From contig NW_027191409.1 in assembly GCF_041146345.1 (NCBI RefSeq), positions 682,001 through 746,000 of the forward strand: a stretch of 64,000 nucleotides of DNA. The letters are read 5' to 3'. Below are positions 26,109 through 38,760 of the stretch, piece after piece. The translations under genes and the position numbers were made by a program. Source of the DNA: Neodothiora populina (taxonomy: Eukaryota). Numbering within the stretch: the stretch's first letter is position 1; every line of letters begins with the position of its first letter. A model generated the notes under the pieces. It had not been told where the DNA came from, did no database searches, and saw only the letters and a program-made list of their open reading frames with translations.

Positions 26109-27024
26109 GGTGTCCGGGCGGGATCAAAAGCGACGATCCTACATTGTGCGATATGCCCTCCCTACACCTCTTTATATATATCTCGACCTAACCCTCCTCA
26201 TGGCTAATGCATGTCATCACCTGCTTGCTTCTTTGCTCATCTAATCTTCGCGAGCGGGGCTAGGTGACCCTACGTATGGCACACGCGTTCGGGGCAAAGA
26301 TATGAATTGGCTTCAACGGCTCATCTCTTATTCAGAGTGCTCAAATACCCAACCTCGTACAAAGGAATGGCGATGATACAATTGCCGGTGGGCGAATATG
26401 TTACTCCACATTCTGGGGTCGGAGTCGAAACGCTTTTACCGAGGGAAGCAGCATTGTTGTACTAGCCAGACTTGGCTCACGAATTGCGGTGCGCCTAACA
26501 ACTAATCACTGACAGAACCCTGCAGTGCATTTACTTGGACAGCGCTAAATGCGCATTGCTCTTCCCCGTGATGCAGGCTCCGGTCGCGGGAGCTTCAACG
26601 CTTTTTGATATTGCTCCACCACCTGCAAAATATATCCCTTGTGTCATGACGCGACTTGGTCACTTGCCAAAGTCATATGAACCTTGCACTTACTGCAGGT
26701 CCAGCAATAACATTCCACGAACACTTCCCTAGCAGGATTTCGAAAATACTTTATCTGAGTGAGGTAAGCTTACCGAATATATAACTATGTGGTGGACAAG
26801 ATGACCAAATTGTTGAATATACGGAGTGACGTTATAGTTGTCCTACATATTAACCATTCTGCGTTAATCAGAACTTGGCAAAATAGATGTGCATGTACTT
26901 TTACAGCACATGAAGGACAAGACCAAAGGCATAGTTACTAAATTAGACAAGAGGATTATAAGATTGTGCCAATCTTGAACGGTGAAGTACAACTAAAAGA
27001 ACCAAACTCAACGCATACAACGTA

Positions 27025-28911
27025 TCAGTACCACTTGTTCAGCGATCGACCTGCCTCTACCTCCTTTTTCCAGCAGGAGCGATCTTCTCCAGACACGCCG
27101 GGTCCTTGGTACACACTTCCGTACAAGCCGCTGGCATAGCTGTCATTGTCCTTCGACTTGGAGAACTTCTTGCGGTACCACTTTCCGTAAGTCAACAGGT
27201 AATACAGCCGGAATGCAAGGAGAGCAAAGGTGTCACGCTCAAGATCTTCCGGATAGTCGGCGCCTAGATCCACTGCTGCGGTGATCCCTGAAATGCATGC
27301 AACTTCGTGCGCATTGACTAGAGTCCAAGCAGCGGCATAACGCGTGTGTTTATGCCCGTTGAGTAACCACATCCAGGGAACGACAAAAATATAATGCGTG
27401 AACGAGTGGCAAAGCTGATGCCACCAGTCCTTCCTGATAACCTTTGACTCGTCAATCTCGTCGATCGGCCATAGGTGCCCATCCCGGTCCTTGTTCAAGA
27501 AGATGGTTTGGAAAACTGCATTATCCAGAGGTACGTGCGGAGGGAATTGAGATTGGTAATTGGAAGCTGTTCGACATTAGACAAATCGATGAAGTGAATG
27601 TAGTGGCTATTCTTACCGTTGAAGCTCATCTCAAGTTTTGTAAGATCCTGCTCATACATCTTGATCAAGTACATCGGTTTAAACTCTTTCTGCGCCATCT
27701 TGAGTCTTGCTGATTGGTCTACACCTCCTAGTGTGCTAACGGCCTGTTCTTCGTTGTAAACCATTTCATAATGCTTGCGCATGTAGTCAGCGTCGCAGTG
27801 AGTGACTGTTATGTCGTTCGCAAATTTTGCAGAGCCAAGCACTTTGTTCTCCCGCCAACTAGCAGACGGTTTGAGGACACGTTTAGCTGTATCCGTCCTG
27901 TATTATTGATCAGCACGGAGCAAGAGATTGTCCTTCATCGACAGGAAACTTACAAGGTACAGAGGACAAGCTCATCGTACTCTTCCTCCACTTCCTTCGC
28001 ATCGGCGTCTCCATTGTGGCCTTCGACTGTATTGGGCACCCAGGCACTGTCCTGCGTGTGGCCGTCTTCCGCTGGAGTTCTGCTAATCACACGCACCACA
28101 ACTCCGTTCTTATCGCGCCGTATGACGCCTGTCAATTCTGTGGATAAGCGAACTTTCACGCCCTTCTTTATGAGGTGTTGCTTCCAGTCGCTGTAGAAGT
28201 CGCTCAGATTTGGGAAGACCACCATTGGGGGCAGATTGCTCGCCACACTAGTTTTGTCTGGGGGGTACCACATTCCATATGTTGGACTTGTGCATAAGCG
28301 CTCAAGTACCATGCTAGGAACCTCAGGAGCGTAGTTTCCTGTTCCTAAAAACAACGCCACCATTGGCAGTGCGACGACATTTGCGAACTCGTCGGAGAAT
28401 CGGAAAATCTTGACGAGGTACTTGATCGGAACCAAACCAAAGATGACCTCGAACCATCGAATGATCTTTAGCATAGTGTAGAAGCGTTTCACCTCTTTCT
28501 CGTGTTTCTTCAGCATCATGGTCGAATAAACATTCGTCCAGAATTGCTCATCCTTTCCGAAAGACACTTGTAATTTGACGGGATCCGCTCGATGGCCCAT
28601 CCTCGCAAACATGGTCAATGTGTGGTGGAATATGTATGATCCACCCTGGACGCCTTGATTCAACCAGCTAGCACCGAACTTTTCCTTATCGATCGGTATA
28701 CTGTAGGCTTGTCCACCACAGTAATCGACCGCATCAATGATCGTGACATCGAATTTGTCTGTGTGCTCTGCCAGATGGTGCGCGCATGACATGCCTAGAA
28801 TGTGTAAACAGCGGTCACAACAAGTGACAATCTCAGGTGAACCATACCTGCGGCGCCCGCCCCGACGACCAGGACTCTCTTCTTCTTTTGTTGCTCCATT
28901 TGTTTTCCCAT
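27025..28911 (-). CDS. FAD/NAD(P)-binding oxidoreductase (flavin amine oxidase-like superfamily), function unknown
   Basis: Exons 28911 (or 28899)-28848, 28794-27954, 27897-27617, 27566-27025. Rossmann motif RVLVVGAGAAGMSCAHHL followed by the GG motif (YCGGQA); C-terminal YAAAWTLVNAHEVACISG. Confidence 0.87.
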
Positions 28912-31775
28912 TTCAAATGTCTGCTGCGTGGTTGACTGTGGTAAGAGAGATTCGGTGATTTCTGGCATTGTCGAGACAGTAGAAAAGTCGGCAGCGCAGG
29001 ACTAAGTAGGCATCATTTCCCCCTCAATTTTTCCACCGGTGTCGTTGAGACATATACTGTTCATCATCGTTAATGGCTTGACATGCGCTAAGTGGAATGT
29101 GAATGTACAGACGTCATTGATCGTACCAAGTCTGGGGTAGATCGCGTTTACACGGGCTTGTAACCAAGATTGAGTTCAGTCGCTTAGTTCTCAGATCAGG
29201 GCCTTACCGATGCTTCGTCCGATTGCTTTCATGGACTGCTCAATACCTGATATACGATTCATTGCGGCACTGCATGACAAATTCCTGAGTGCGGCGGGTC
29301 ATTGTTGTCGTCTCGACACATTGCGTTGATTCCAGAGTGCTGCTACATGTGGATAGACTTGATTCGCGTCTCGAAGAGATCAGCAGATCAAGCCCGTTTC
29401 CTGCGATGCACAGCTGAGGTTCCTGACTCTGGGTGGCTAACGCATTGCAATCGGTGACTATGAGGCGACGGTGGAAGGGTTCGCCAAAGAGCATTCGTCA
29501 GCAAGGCACAGACGAAGTAGTGAAAATACTAGTATCATGAGAATGACCACGGATAGTACGAAAACAAAGCCTCACATAATCGTGGGTTAATTCTGCCAAA
29601 ACTTGATACTGTAGAAACAAGAGTCTGCAGTGGTATCATTCACCGTGGTAAGAACATAACTTACCATGGCTGTTGCCTCTCAGGTCGAGTTTTTATCACA
29701 CAACCTGTAGGAACATGGAGACCTTGGACAACTAAGTTTGATAATGCTCCTCCCACGGCACCTAAACCATAGCATTCTACGACATGCAAAGTTTGATACA
29801 ATGCGAACCGACCTGTCGAGTACACCACCGATATAGCCCACATGATATGGTACTGTTCACTAACGAGCCGGAAGAGACAGGGACATGTGGGAGCGAATAG
29901 CTGCCCGGGTGTCACGACGGCAGGTATTCGAGGATGGCATAGTGACAAGAGCAGCTTTGGACTTCATACCGTGCATCTCAGCCTTCGATGGGGGTGGCCC
30001 GCGTGTCAATCGTAGGAACCTATAGCGTTTAGGTAGCCGTGGTCTCGGGGTACGCGCTGCGAAGCGGCTCTAATCCACCAGCATATCGTGAACGATATCG
30101 ATGCATATGATAACGGAGCTGGTGGGAAGCTGACCATAGGCATTGATCTTCAAAGACAGAACTCTGACGACGAACGTTCTGATCACGCAGATGCTGCCCC
30201 CTTCAAGCCCTTCAAGGGCTGATTGCCATCTATTATGAACATGAGTGCAACGGCGGATTAGTTTCGCCGATCACAACTTATCTCGAGGCACACCCACCTG
30301 TAGTCGAAGCACAGCCAGAGCCGCGCACATACAATGCCAGGTGTGCATGGACAGGCGGAAGCTCCACAGCATATTTGCCGCGACGATGTGTATCCGAGGC
30401 TCTTGAAACCTGGCGGCTTGGGAGTCGAGTATGTGTGTCAGCACAACGAAACTATAAACGAGAAATTTGACTATCGTCATAAACACCATGGAATATGACT
30501 GCCTGTAGATGAATGCATGATAAGGAACTGGGCATGCTGTGTAGAATAGGACAGAGACGTTACGATACTGTCTGCGGCGCGTGATGGGAGGAGTCCCGCC
30601 GTTGTCGATTCTGCGTTCTCACTGAAGAATCGAGCCACCTGCGATGAGCGTCGATGATGCAAGCAATCTATGTGGTACGAGGATAATCTCGAATCAACAT
30701 ACATGTCAGAGGAGCTTGTTCCGCTGCGATATTGTTGTTGAGATATAGACATTAGCAGTGTAGGCATGAGGCTGGGCCATCTCGGTTGTGAGCACCAACG
30801 TGATCGCCCGAGTGCAGCAGCGAACGACAAGTTGTTGAAGGTCCTCTGGGGCATCCATCACCGGCCGTGGGTCTGCAAGCCACATGAGCCTCTCTGGACC
30901 AACTTATTAGAGTTGCGCGTGTTTCAGGTTCTGTCCTGCTATACTACAGCCTTATCTTGTGACCTTGTTGAAACTGTAGATAGGAGCATGTACACTAGCG
31001 ATGGTAGGCGAAGTTGGAGAAGCTTGCACACCTCTGTAGATATGATAAACGAGGTTGGGGAAGCTCACACTCCTCTAGGGCCATCTGGCAGTGGAGATTG
31101 ACAAGATGATATTCAGAGGATAGGTTGAGCTTACTGCGCTAAAGCGGGTGATGCTGTGTGTGTGTGTCTACAAGATGGGGAGATACGTGCACGGCCAACG
31201 CCATATCACGCAAGCCCAATGGGTAAAACCGCAACCCGCCCACTGATCGCTCCTTGTGCCGCACGGATAGTCGAAGTACAATGTACATGTACTTCTAGTT
31301 GCAAAAAGTTCTCTATATTAGCGCGCGACATATGTCAAGTCACTCAGGTTGACCCCTCCCCCACGCTCGCCATTCGCACCCCTGCCGCCACCAGAAGGAC
31401 CGAGTGTTCTCGAGTTGATTGGGCTAGGTGCATGAAGCTGCAGCGTGATCCCTGTGGCTGCGCGTGCCAAAGCCGTCCTTCTGCTCGTTGGGCCAGAGCA
31501 ATAACATACATAAGTTGCTTTCGCTCGTCATATCGTGCAATTACTCTTACACCCGACTTCATCTCCCTCCCTGAAAGAACCAAGCATTTTCCTCCCTATG
31601 CTATTTGTGGGGTATTGTTTCGATCACACACTAGCACGACATCTTGGTGGTACATTGATGAATCATCCCGCATATTACTCATAATCTCAGGAAAATCGTT
31701 TGATTCCCCTTATAAGCCATCATCACCTTCCAGACTTCTTCTCTATCATTCTCATCACAAATTACATACTCCACA

Positions 31776-32225
31776 ATGGATTGCTTCCCTGATTTCTGTC
31801 TTGCTTGCGACAAGCAAACCAGCGATGGTCTATACTGCTCGCAGGCCTGCCGGCTAGCCGATCTGGAAAGTGCCGGCAGCTCAGCCCCGGCTTCTCCTTC
31901 CTACTCAGTCGAACAAGAACAATGGCAATCACAAGGATCATCAGCTCGAAACTCGATCATCTCGTTACCACAAGCTTTCTACTTCAATTCAATCAAGACA
32001 CTCAGTGAGACATCATCACTCGAGTCATCCGAGACTCAGGTCAGAAAAGTTCTATCACCATCGAGTTCTCGTAGCTCCATGTCTTCAGCTATAAGCAACG
32101 CCGGAACGCAGACTAGCGCCGCTGTGTCTCAGCAAGCCCAACACGAGCTTCAAGGCTATGTCAGCTCGTTTGATGCCATCCGCGAGATGAAGAGACGCTC
32201 CCTAAGCAGCAACTCTGGATATTGA
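31776..32225 (+). CDS. ECL1: Ecl1-family (extender of chronological lifespan) Cys4 zinc-binding protein
   Basis: N-terminal FCLACDKQ...LYCSQACRLAD signature, Ser-rich middle, C-terminal ELQGYVSSFD; TATA-like TATAAG at about 31711. Confidence 0.85.
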   Translation: MDCFPDFCLACDKQTSDGLYCSQACRLADLESAGSSAPASPSYSVEQEQWQSQGSSARNSIISLPQAFYFNSIKTLSETSSLESSETQVRKVLSPSSSRSSMSSAISNAGTQTSAAVSQQAQHELQGYVSSFDAIREMKRRSLSSNSGY

Positions 32226-35200
32226 TGCTTCAATGGGGCTGCTTCATACAGAGGACTATGATATCCTGACGACTTACACGACCTAAACATCGCCAATATG
32301 GTGTCTTCCTGACCCAATCGGCTACCAAAAATATTACGACATTCAAAACCGACTCTCAACTATTTTTCAAAAACTTCAGCAAAAAAAACTTCGAGATGCT
32401 TTCGCTATCAGCAGCAACATCTAAGCATCACAAGGAAGATGTCATATCATTGCATTCGGTCTCTGGCGCAAGGGCAAATCATCAGGGAAAGGCGCTATTC
32501 AACTGCATTACGGAGGATACCCATGATCTACTAGCTTTTTCTTTCCGCGATACTTCATACTTTTCAATCATTGCAAGGGTGCATATCACAGGAAAGCATC
32601 AAATGGCGCAAGTGGCTCCTAACATTGTTGAGCCCACAGAAAAATATTTCTTATAGTAACATAGATAGCAATACACTGATCTACTGCAGCAAGTATACTG
32701 TCCTTGAACGCGACGTTGGAAACGCTTTGTGATCTTGCAAATGTCCTTTTGGAAGATGTGATCCAGACCTCACCGCCCCAAAAAGTCAATTATTCGTTGA
32801 CGAAGATACATGTCTACAAGCTACAGCTCTACAACAAGAAGTATAGGCGTACGAAGGACTGGGCCCAGCCAACAGGGGTGGACACTTCAACGTGCCGCCT
32901 CAAGTTTACCCTGCCCTCTAATCTACGACGTTGAACGGGACTGGCCCGTGCCATGATATTTTAACTTTGTGAGAATCTCCTGTAGACCCGTAGGTACCAG
33001 TGGTAGGAATGTGAGCTACGTCGGTATGCATCAGCTGCTCGCACTTTTCTTTCGTACAAAGGCAACAAGTACCGTAGCAAGGTTCTGCCCCCTTTCCCCC
33101 ACGGGCCGAAAGTGGCTCGTGCGGCGCTGCGGCAGTGTACAGCACGAAAGTTTGCAACTCTGCGAATGCTGCATTGGGAATCTAGGGGTCTGCGCAAGGC
33201 TTTACGAAAGGTCAAGGAGTGGGTCTCGTGAGCGAGACGGAAATCAATGGCGGGCCGTGCATATTGACAAGTGACGCAGGTTCAAGCCCAAAATCTCTAG
33301 TAGGACAGGGCAGACGTAAGCGGCAGAAGGTGGAGTGGTTTCAGAGCACCGACACAAAAGTGCTATTGACTCGGGATGCTGTGGACTTGTCTTCATACAT
33401 TACTCGCGAAACGCCATACGCCAACATTGTGGACAGGATGAGCATGTTGGAGATAAGACGCATATGCAATAATAACACAGTCTTACAGTACCTGCTCCCC
33501 ACATGGCGTGATCATGAAGTCACTGCCTTGTAGCCAGGAATTAAGGCACTGCAGGGTCGCTCATCTCACTCTTCACCATGTTTTACTTCGAAACGTCGTC
33601 GCATTGCCGTCGTCATGGTCTATCAATCGGCGACCGCAGACAAGTCTGGGGATGTGCTCGGCAACAATGCCATGGCAAAACGCTTGCTGTGCTTTCCGTT
33701 GAATTGGAGCCCCCAAAACGACCAATGCTGACTTGTCAAAGTGCTAGTGGTCCTCTGCTAGCGGACATGAGTCGGAGCCATGGTCCACAGCGTTGCAGGC
33801 CCAATCATCTTGTAGTTCATCCAGAGAAATGAGCATAAACCCGCAGTTGTGCAATTCGCGCCTTTGCCCAGTGGGAGACGAAGACCGGGGCCACGAGGGC
33901 TTGGGATTGGATGGTCGCTTAGTCGCTATCAGCGACTACCCACGACGCCAGAACCAAGATCGCTGATACGCCCAATCATCAATTTCTTTACCAGACTAGG
34001 CACGCACATATCGAGCCAAATTGGAGGGCTGCGCAATATCAGAGCTATGATCTACGAGTCCCGCGACGGGGTCGCCCGCCAGCGAGTGAAATTGGTTGCG
34101 TCAAAGACCAGCTTACCCAATCTCGCCGGTATCTTTTGATTCGTCTGTTATACACCACTGGGCGGTTTCTCACCTTAGCTTGCTTTTCGGCCGGACTTTT
34201 CGGACGGGGGGGCCATTGTCATTCTGCCACGAATACTGAGCAAGCTACTGTGTTGTAGGACGGCGCTCGACGATCCGGTTGGTCGCAGAGATCAGCGTGC
34301 CTTCTTGCAATGGCGTAAGCGCCATCATTTTGTTGTTAGACTACAGTAGTACGACTACTATTCTGTCCCAGAGTGACGCTATATTGGTAGACTGAAGGAA
34401 ATCGCAGACGCACTGTTAATGAGGTCGCCACATAGATTAAGGTCAATCAACGAAGCGTGAATCGTGCGCCTGTAGCGCACATCGCTCCGCCGAGAGACGA
34501 CGGAGGAACGAGCGACTCTGCATTGCATTTTCATGCATGACGCCTTTCGATATAGTGGCTCCAAATCCTTTGCGATCGAGATGCCGGGCTTGCACACAGA
34601 CACCTGTGTAGACACATTCTTTCCCATTTCCCCTCCTTTATGCCCGACACCTTGCATCGATTTTTGAAGTGCATGGTGAACAATTCACCACTTCCCACCG
34701 TACCTTGATGGTTCCTGATCAACAGCATCCGTCTTCGCAGCCATTACGTGGCAGAGCATGAGTGGAAGCGTGTCGAAAAAACCGACTCCTCGACTTTTTC
34801 TTTGCTTTTCTGTTGACGAAACAAAGAACAGCAATCTGTACCTCCCCTTTGTTTCCACTCAGAGAGAAGAGGAGAACTTCCCCCCTCCGTTCAGCGATCA
34901 ATTGACGCCCATGCGGCGACTGCTTTCGCATTGCTATGCGGCTGTCTTCTTTCAGTCATGTGCGCATACTCTACGAATACCAGCAACTCTTCTCCTGGAC
35001 TGGGACTAGGTCTCAATTGGCCCAAAGCGCTCTTCTGCGCTTCCTTTGACGTACGTACTATAGGTGTCGGCTGGCCGGCTGGCTGCCTTCTACCTATCAA
35101 TCGATCTTACCAAGTGTACAACAGTACATCGTCTTAGGAAAGATAAGGTGGCACAGACAAGAAGTCCACCAAGGTAGGTACAGTCGTCACTACTGCTGCC

Positions 35201-36575
35201 ACTGGAAGCGTGAGAAAGAAAAAAAGCAAAAAAACAAATCACTACTGTAGACGAATGACTCTGTTCCTTCCTTTGCCTTGAAAGTCCAATTGATCGGCAA
35301 TTCAGTCTGCTGCAAACCAAAGTACCGAAGATAGTGTCCACGGCAAAACAGCTCTCTGTTTAGCCCCCACGGACGGTACGCGCAAGCAACACCGTTTGCA
35401 ATCTCAACTAGTCAAAATGCACACGTGCTACTGGAGCAGTCAATCCCTCACGGTTTAGCTTCTGTTGCTTTGTTTACAGGTGCACGATATGCGAGGGGCT
35501 TTGAGATAAATAGCTATACAAAAGGCTACTTTGTACTGTATGGGACTAGCGTCCGTTGGCGCACGAGGGTGGCAGGGATGGCAGGGTGGGTTGGCTGGCT
35601 TTGCTCTGCTTTACTCTGCTATGCCTCTGGCTCTGCTCTGTCGCTGGGCTGGGTCTGCTTTACTTGCCGCCGCACTGCAAAGAGGCCCCACAAGGACAAA
35701 AAGTGGAAATGGGGACTGTGAGAAGCTAAGATAGATAAGGGTACAGTGGAAAGCTAATAAGCTGTCTACTGTATCATTGCCCAGCGCGTCATCGAGCAGC
35801 CTTCGTATCCGTTGTGTACATGATTCATTCTAGCAAGTGCAAGAGGGACACAGAGAGAGAGGAAGAGCAAGATAAAGCTAGCACGAGACGGGAATAAATC
35901 ATCGACAAGTTCATTGCAATGGATTAGAGGGATTTTCCCATCTGGGTTCTAAAATGACTCTATCGCTGTCTTCCTTAGCGCAATTGCGTATCTCTGTTAA
36001 ACCCTCGTCTTGAACCTCGTGTGCATATCTTCATTTCCGTCAATCGTCTTGATGATCTTCCCTGCTTGCCGAGAAGCATGGCATGGCAGCGGCCGCGCGG
36101 GCGGTCCTCTCCGTCGCTACCACTAAAGGCACAGAAAGACCTGCAAATGCTCGGTAAAACGACAAATGAAACTTCCCAGACCCGTGACCAAGAGGGCCGA
36201 GACTCGTCACGCTAAACAGGGTAGAATCCATCTTTCATGCAAGATAAGGAAAGACAAGACTTGGTGGAGGTGGTCGTGTTGTGGAATCAGAGTCTAGGTA
36301 GAGTTGGCCATGTGGAGCACCTACGCAAGGACATCGACCCCCACGCCCCACGCACCACGCGCGCTCTCGCGCTCGACCCTCTTTTTCCACTCGACTGCGC
36401 AACGGACTAGGCGTCCGAGCCACATCAATAAAACCAAGCAGATAAGCTAGGTTGACACACCAGATACGCGAGGACACGCCCCTGCAACATGTACATATCG
36501 ACAAGTACTGTACCGTACACAAGACTCTCCGCAGAAGAGTCACGCAGCTCGACCTTCGGGGTCCATCTCCGTTGA

Positions 36576-38720
36576 TCATGTCAATGATGCGGCTGCTTGT
36601 GCCACAATCTTGTGCTGCTGCTGTTGCTGCTGTTGTTGCACATCTCCCTGTGTCTTTAGTGCCTTTAGCTTCATTTTTTTCTCGGCCCATTCGCGGCTGG
36701 CAATCCTGCCTCTCTCTGCGGCGTCAGCTCTTGCCTTCCTGGCAGCTTCTTCCTTATCGCGCTTCTGCTTGTCTAGTGCCTCCTTTTCGGCGACGGCTCG
36801 CTGGAAGACCTCCTTGCCCTTCTTGGTGCCGCTTGCCGATGTACCGTGCGACGTTGCCGGCGGTTTCGCTGTGGTCGCTACTGTTGAAGCACGTGGTTTA
36901 GTCGAATTTGCGACGGCAACCGACCCGCGCTTAGTCTGACCATTTGTACAAATACTTGACACGGAAGATGTTTCGTCTCGCGCGGACAGGGTAGGTTTCT
37001 TTGTTGATATCGCCGACATGCGTTTCGCGGCAGCTGTACCAGTAGTCGCGCTGGTTGACGCTTGGCTCTTCAACATGCTCTCCCTGACGCTCTTCGCTCT
37101 AGAAAGCCCTCCTGATGTGGGTTTTTTGGTGACTTCAGCTGGTTCGGTGCCCATTGCAAGACTCTGACGAGCTCGACTCGAAGCATTATGGCGGACTGTC
37201 ACAGGCTGCTCTTTCTGCTTGGGTACAGGTCGAGCCTTGAAGGCACGTCTGCTTTCTCTTTCTTCCTCTTCCTTCTTCAACCGTGCTTCTCTGGCAGCTT
37301 TCAGCTTCGCAGCTATAGCCTCACCAGGCAGGTGAAAGTTCGATTTGGTAGGTGGTCTGGTTGATTTTGGAGGAGCGGGCGGCAATGGGAAGGACATGGA
37401 GACCGGACGAGGTTTCGAGTGAGGTATCTCTGCAGGAGTCCTGGTTCTCGTCGCTGGTTTCGCTCCCTCGGAGTCCTTGATCTGCACAGTGCTTGGTCTA
37501 GAAATGGGCCCCTTCACCGAGGGGGCTCGCTTTGGGGCAGTCGTGTTGGTAGGCGCTGCTTTCTGCGGCACGACTCTGGAATGAATTGAGCTTGTTCGCG
37601 CATGTGATGAGGCAGCAGTCTTAGCGTTTGCGGCACTTGTGCGAAGCGGCTGTGATGCCTTTGTGATAGAGGGTTTCGGGGCATGTCTTGCAGCCGGAGG
37701 GTTGGCTTTGGTGGACTCGGCCGGCGAAGAGCGATCAGTATGTGATGATGAAGGATGCTTCTCTGATTCGGCGTTCTCTGTTTCGGGCTGCGGCGCAAGC
37801 TCCTCGGGGTTGTCCACAACGACTGCACCAGGACCGTGGTCGACCTGCGGTTCAAGTGTAGTCACTGATGTAGTATCAACCAAAGCAGTCGGTAGAGGCG
37901 TGAGAGACAGCGGCTGCTCATTCTCCTTATTGGATGTGGACCGCATGCCAGATAGTTCTTTCGACATCAAAGCCTTTGCGGGCGTCCTTTGCGGGCTCAT
38001 CACGATAGCTTCTGGTGGCTCAATCGATGGCGACTCTGCTTCTAGGTCTTCCTGGAGATATGCTGTTGATAGAGTTGCTTCATGTATCAAGTCAGACGTG
38101 CTGTGTGCCTGCTGATCATCATGAAGCTCTTCCTCTGTGGGCAATGTTGACGATGATTGCTCCAAGCCTTGCGACACCAGTCCTCCCAGGTCTTCCGTTT
38201 CAAGAATCTCTTGTGCCGCATTGACTTGTTCATCCTCTTCAGCGATCTCATGGTCGGCTTTCTGGTCGATTCGCATCTCAGGAAGAGCAGAGACAACCGC
38301 CGCTATCGATTCGGCGTTCTGGGTTCCAGTCGTTTCCGTGTCTTCAGCAGCGCCATCATATTTCTTCCCCTTGATAGATCTCGACCGTGCCTTCTTCGTC
38401 TCACTCTTCGCCGGCATCACCGCCATGTCCGCATCCCCAACTACTTCTCCGCCAACGTCATTGTTTTGATCAATGTTTTGTTTGTTGTTCGCGTTATTCG
38501 ACACCTCTCCCAGCGCCGTCACCCTCTGCACCTCATCCTTTTCCTCTTCATTACCATCGTTGTTTGTTGTTTTCGCATCAGAAGGTGGAGAAACACGACC
38601 ATCCGACACCAAACCCTCTTCTTCGGCAGTGTCATCAGCGTGGACCTCGTGCGGTGCATCAGCAGCAGAAGCAGCCTGTGCAGCAGCGGCGGCGGCGGCT
38701 TGAGCACGCGTCAAGCGCAT
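36576..38720 (-). CDS. Uncharacterised, largely disordered protein with acidic N-half, basic C-half, FKARP motif and coiled coils (candidate microtubule-associated, TPX2-like)
   Basis: Intronless 714-aa ORF. Ordered-looking blocks FHLPGEAIAAKLKAAREAR, RAFKARPVPK and ARADAAERGRIASREWAEK. The gene call is well supported; the function is inferred. Confidence 0.75.
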   Translation of the reverse strand: MRLTRAQAAAAAAAQAASAADAPHEVHADDTAEEEGLVSDGRVSPPSDAKTTNNDGNEEEKDEVQRVTALGEVSNNANNKQNIDQNNDVGGEVVGDADMAVMPAKSETKKARSRSIKGKKYDGAAEDTETTGTQNAESIAAVVSALPEMRIDQKADHEIAEEDEQVNAAQEILETEDLGGLVSQGLEQSSSTLPTEEELHDDQQAHSTSDLIHEATLSTAYLQEDLEAESPSIEPPEAIVMSPQRTPAKALMSKELSGMRSTSNKENEQPLSLTPLPTALVDTTSVTTLEPQVDHGPGAVVVDNPEELAPQPETENAESEKHPSSSHTDRSSPAESTKANPPAARHAPKPSITKASQPLRTSAANAKTAASSHARTSSIHSRVVPQKAAPTNTTAPKRAPSVKGPISRPSTVQIKDSEGAKPATRTRTPAEIPHSKPRPVSMSFPLPPAPPKSTRPPTKSNFHLPGEAIAAKLKAAREARLKKEEEERESRRAFKARPVPKQKEQPVTVRHNASSRARQSLAMGTEPAEVTKKPTSGGLSRAKSVRESMLKSQASTSATTGTAAAKRMSAISTKKPTLSARDETSSVSSICTNGQTKRGSVAVANSTKPRASTVATTAKPPATSHGTSASGTKKGKEVFQRAVAEKEALDKQKRDKEEAARKARADAAERGRIASREWAEKKMKLKALKTQGDVQQQQQQQQHKIVAQAAASLT

Positions 38721-38738
38721 GGCTGGAGCTGGGTGCTA

Positions 38739-38760
38739 ATATATATATATATATATATAT
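38739..38760. repeat. (AT)11 microsatellite just upstream of the 38720 start codon
   Basis: Read directly. Confidence 0.95.

Noticed and set aside
31156..31857. 233-aa ORF overlapping the ECL1 start (possible uORF)
   Set aside because: No domain-like features, and a TATA-like element at about 31711 suggests the transcript starts after most of this ORF.
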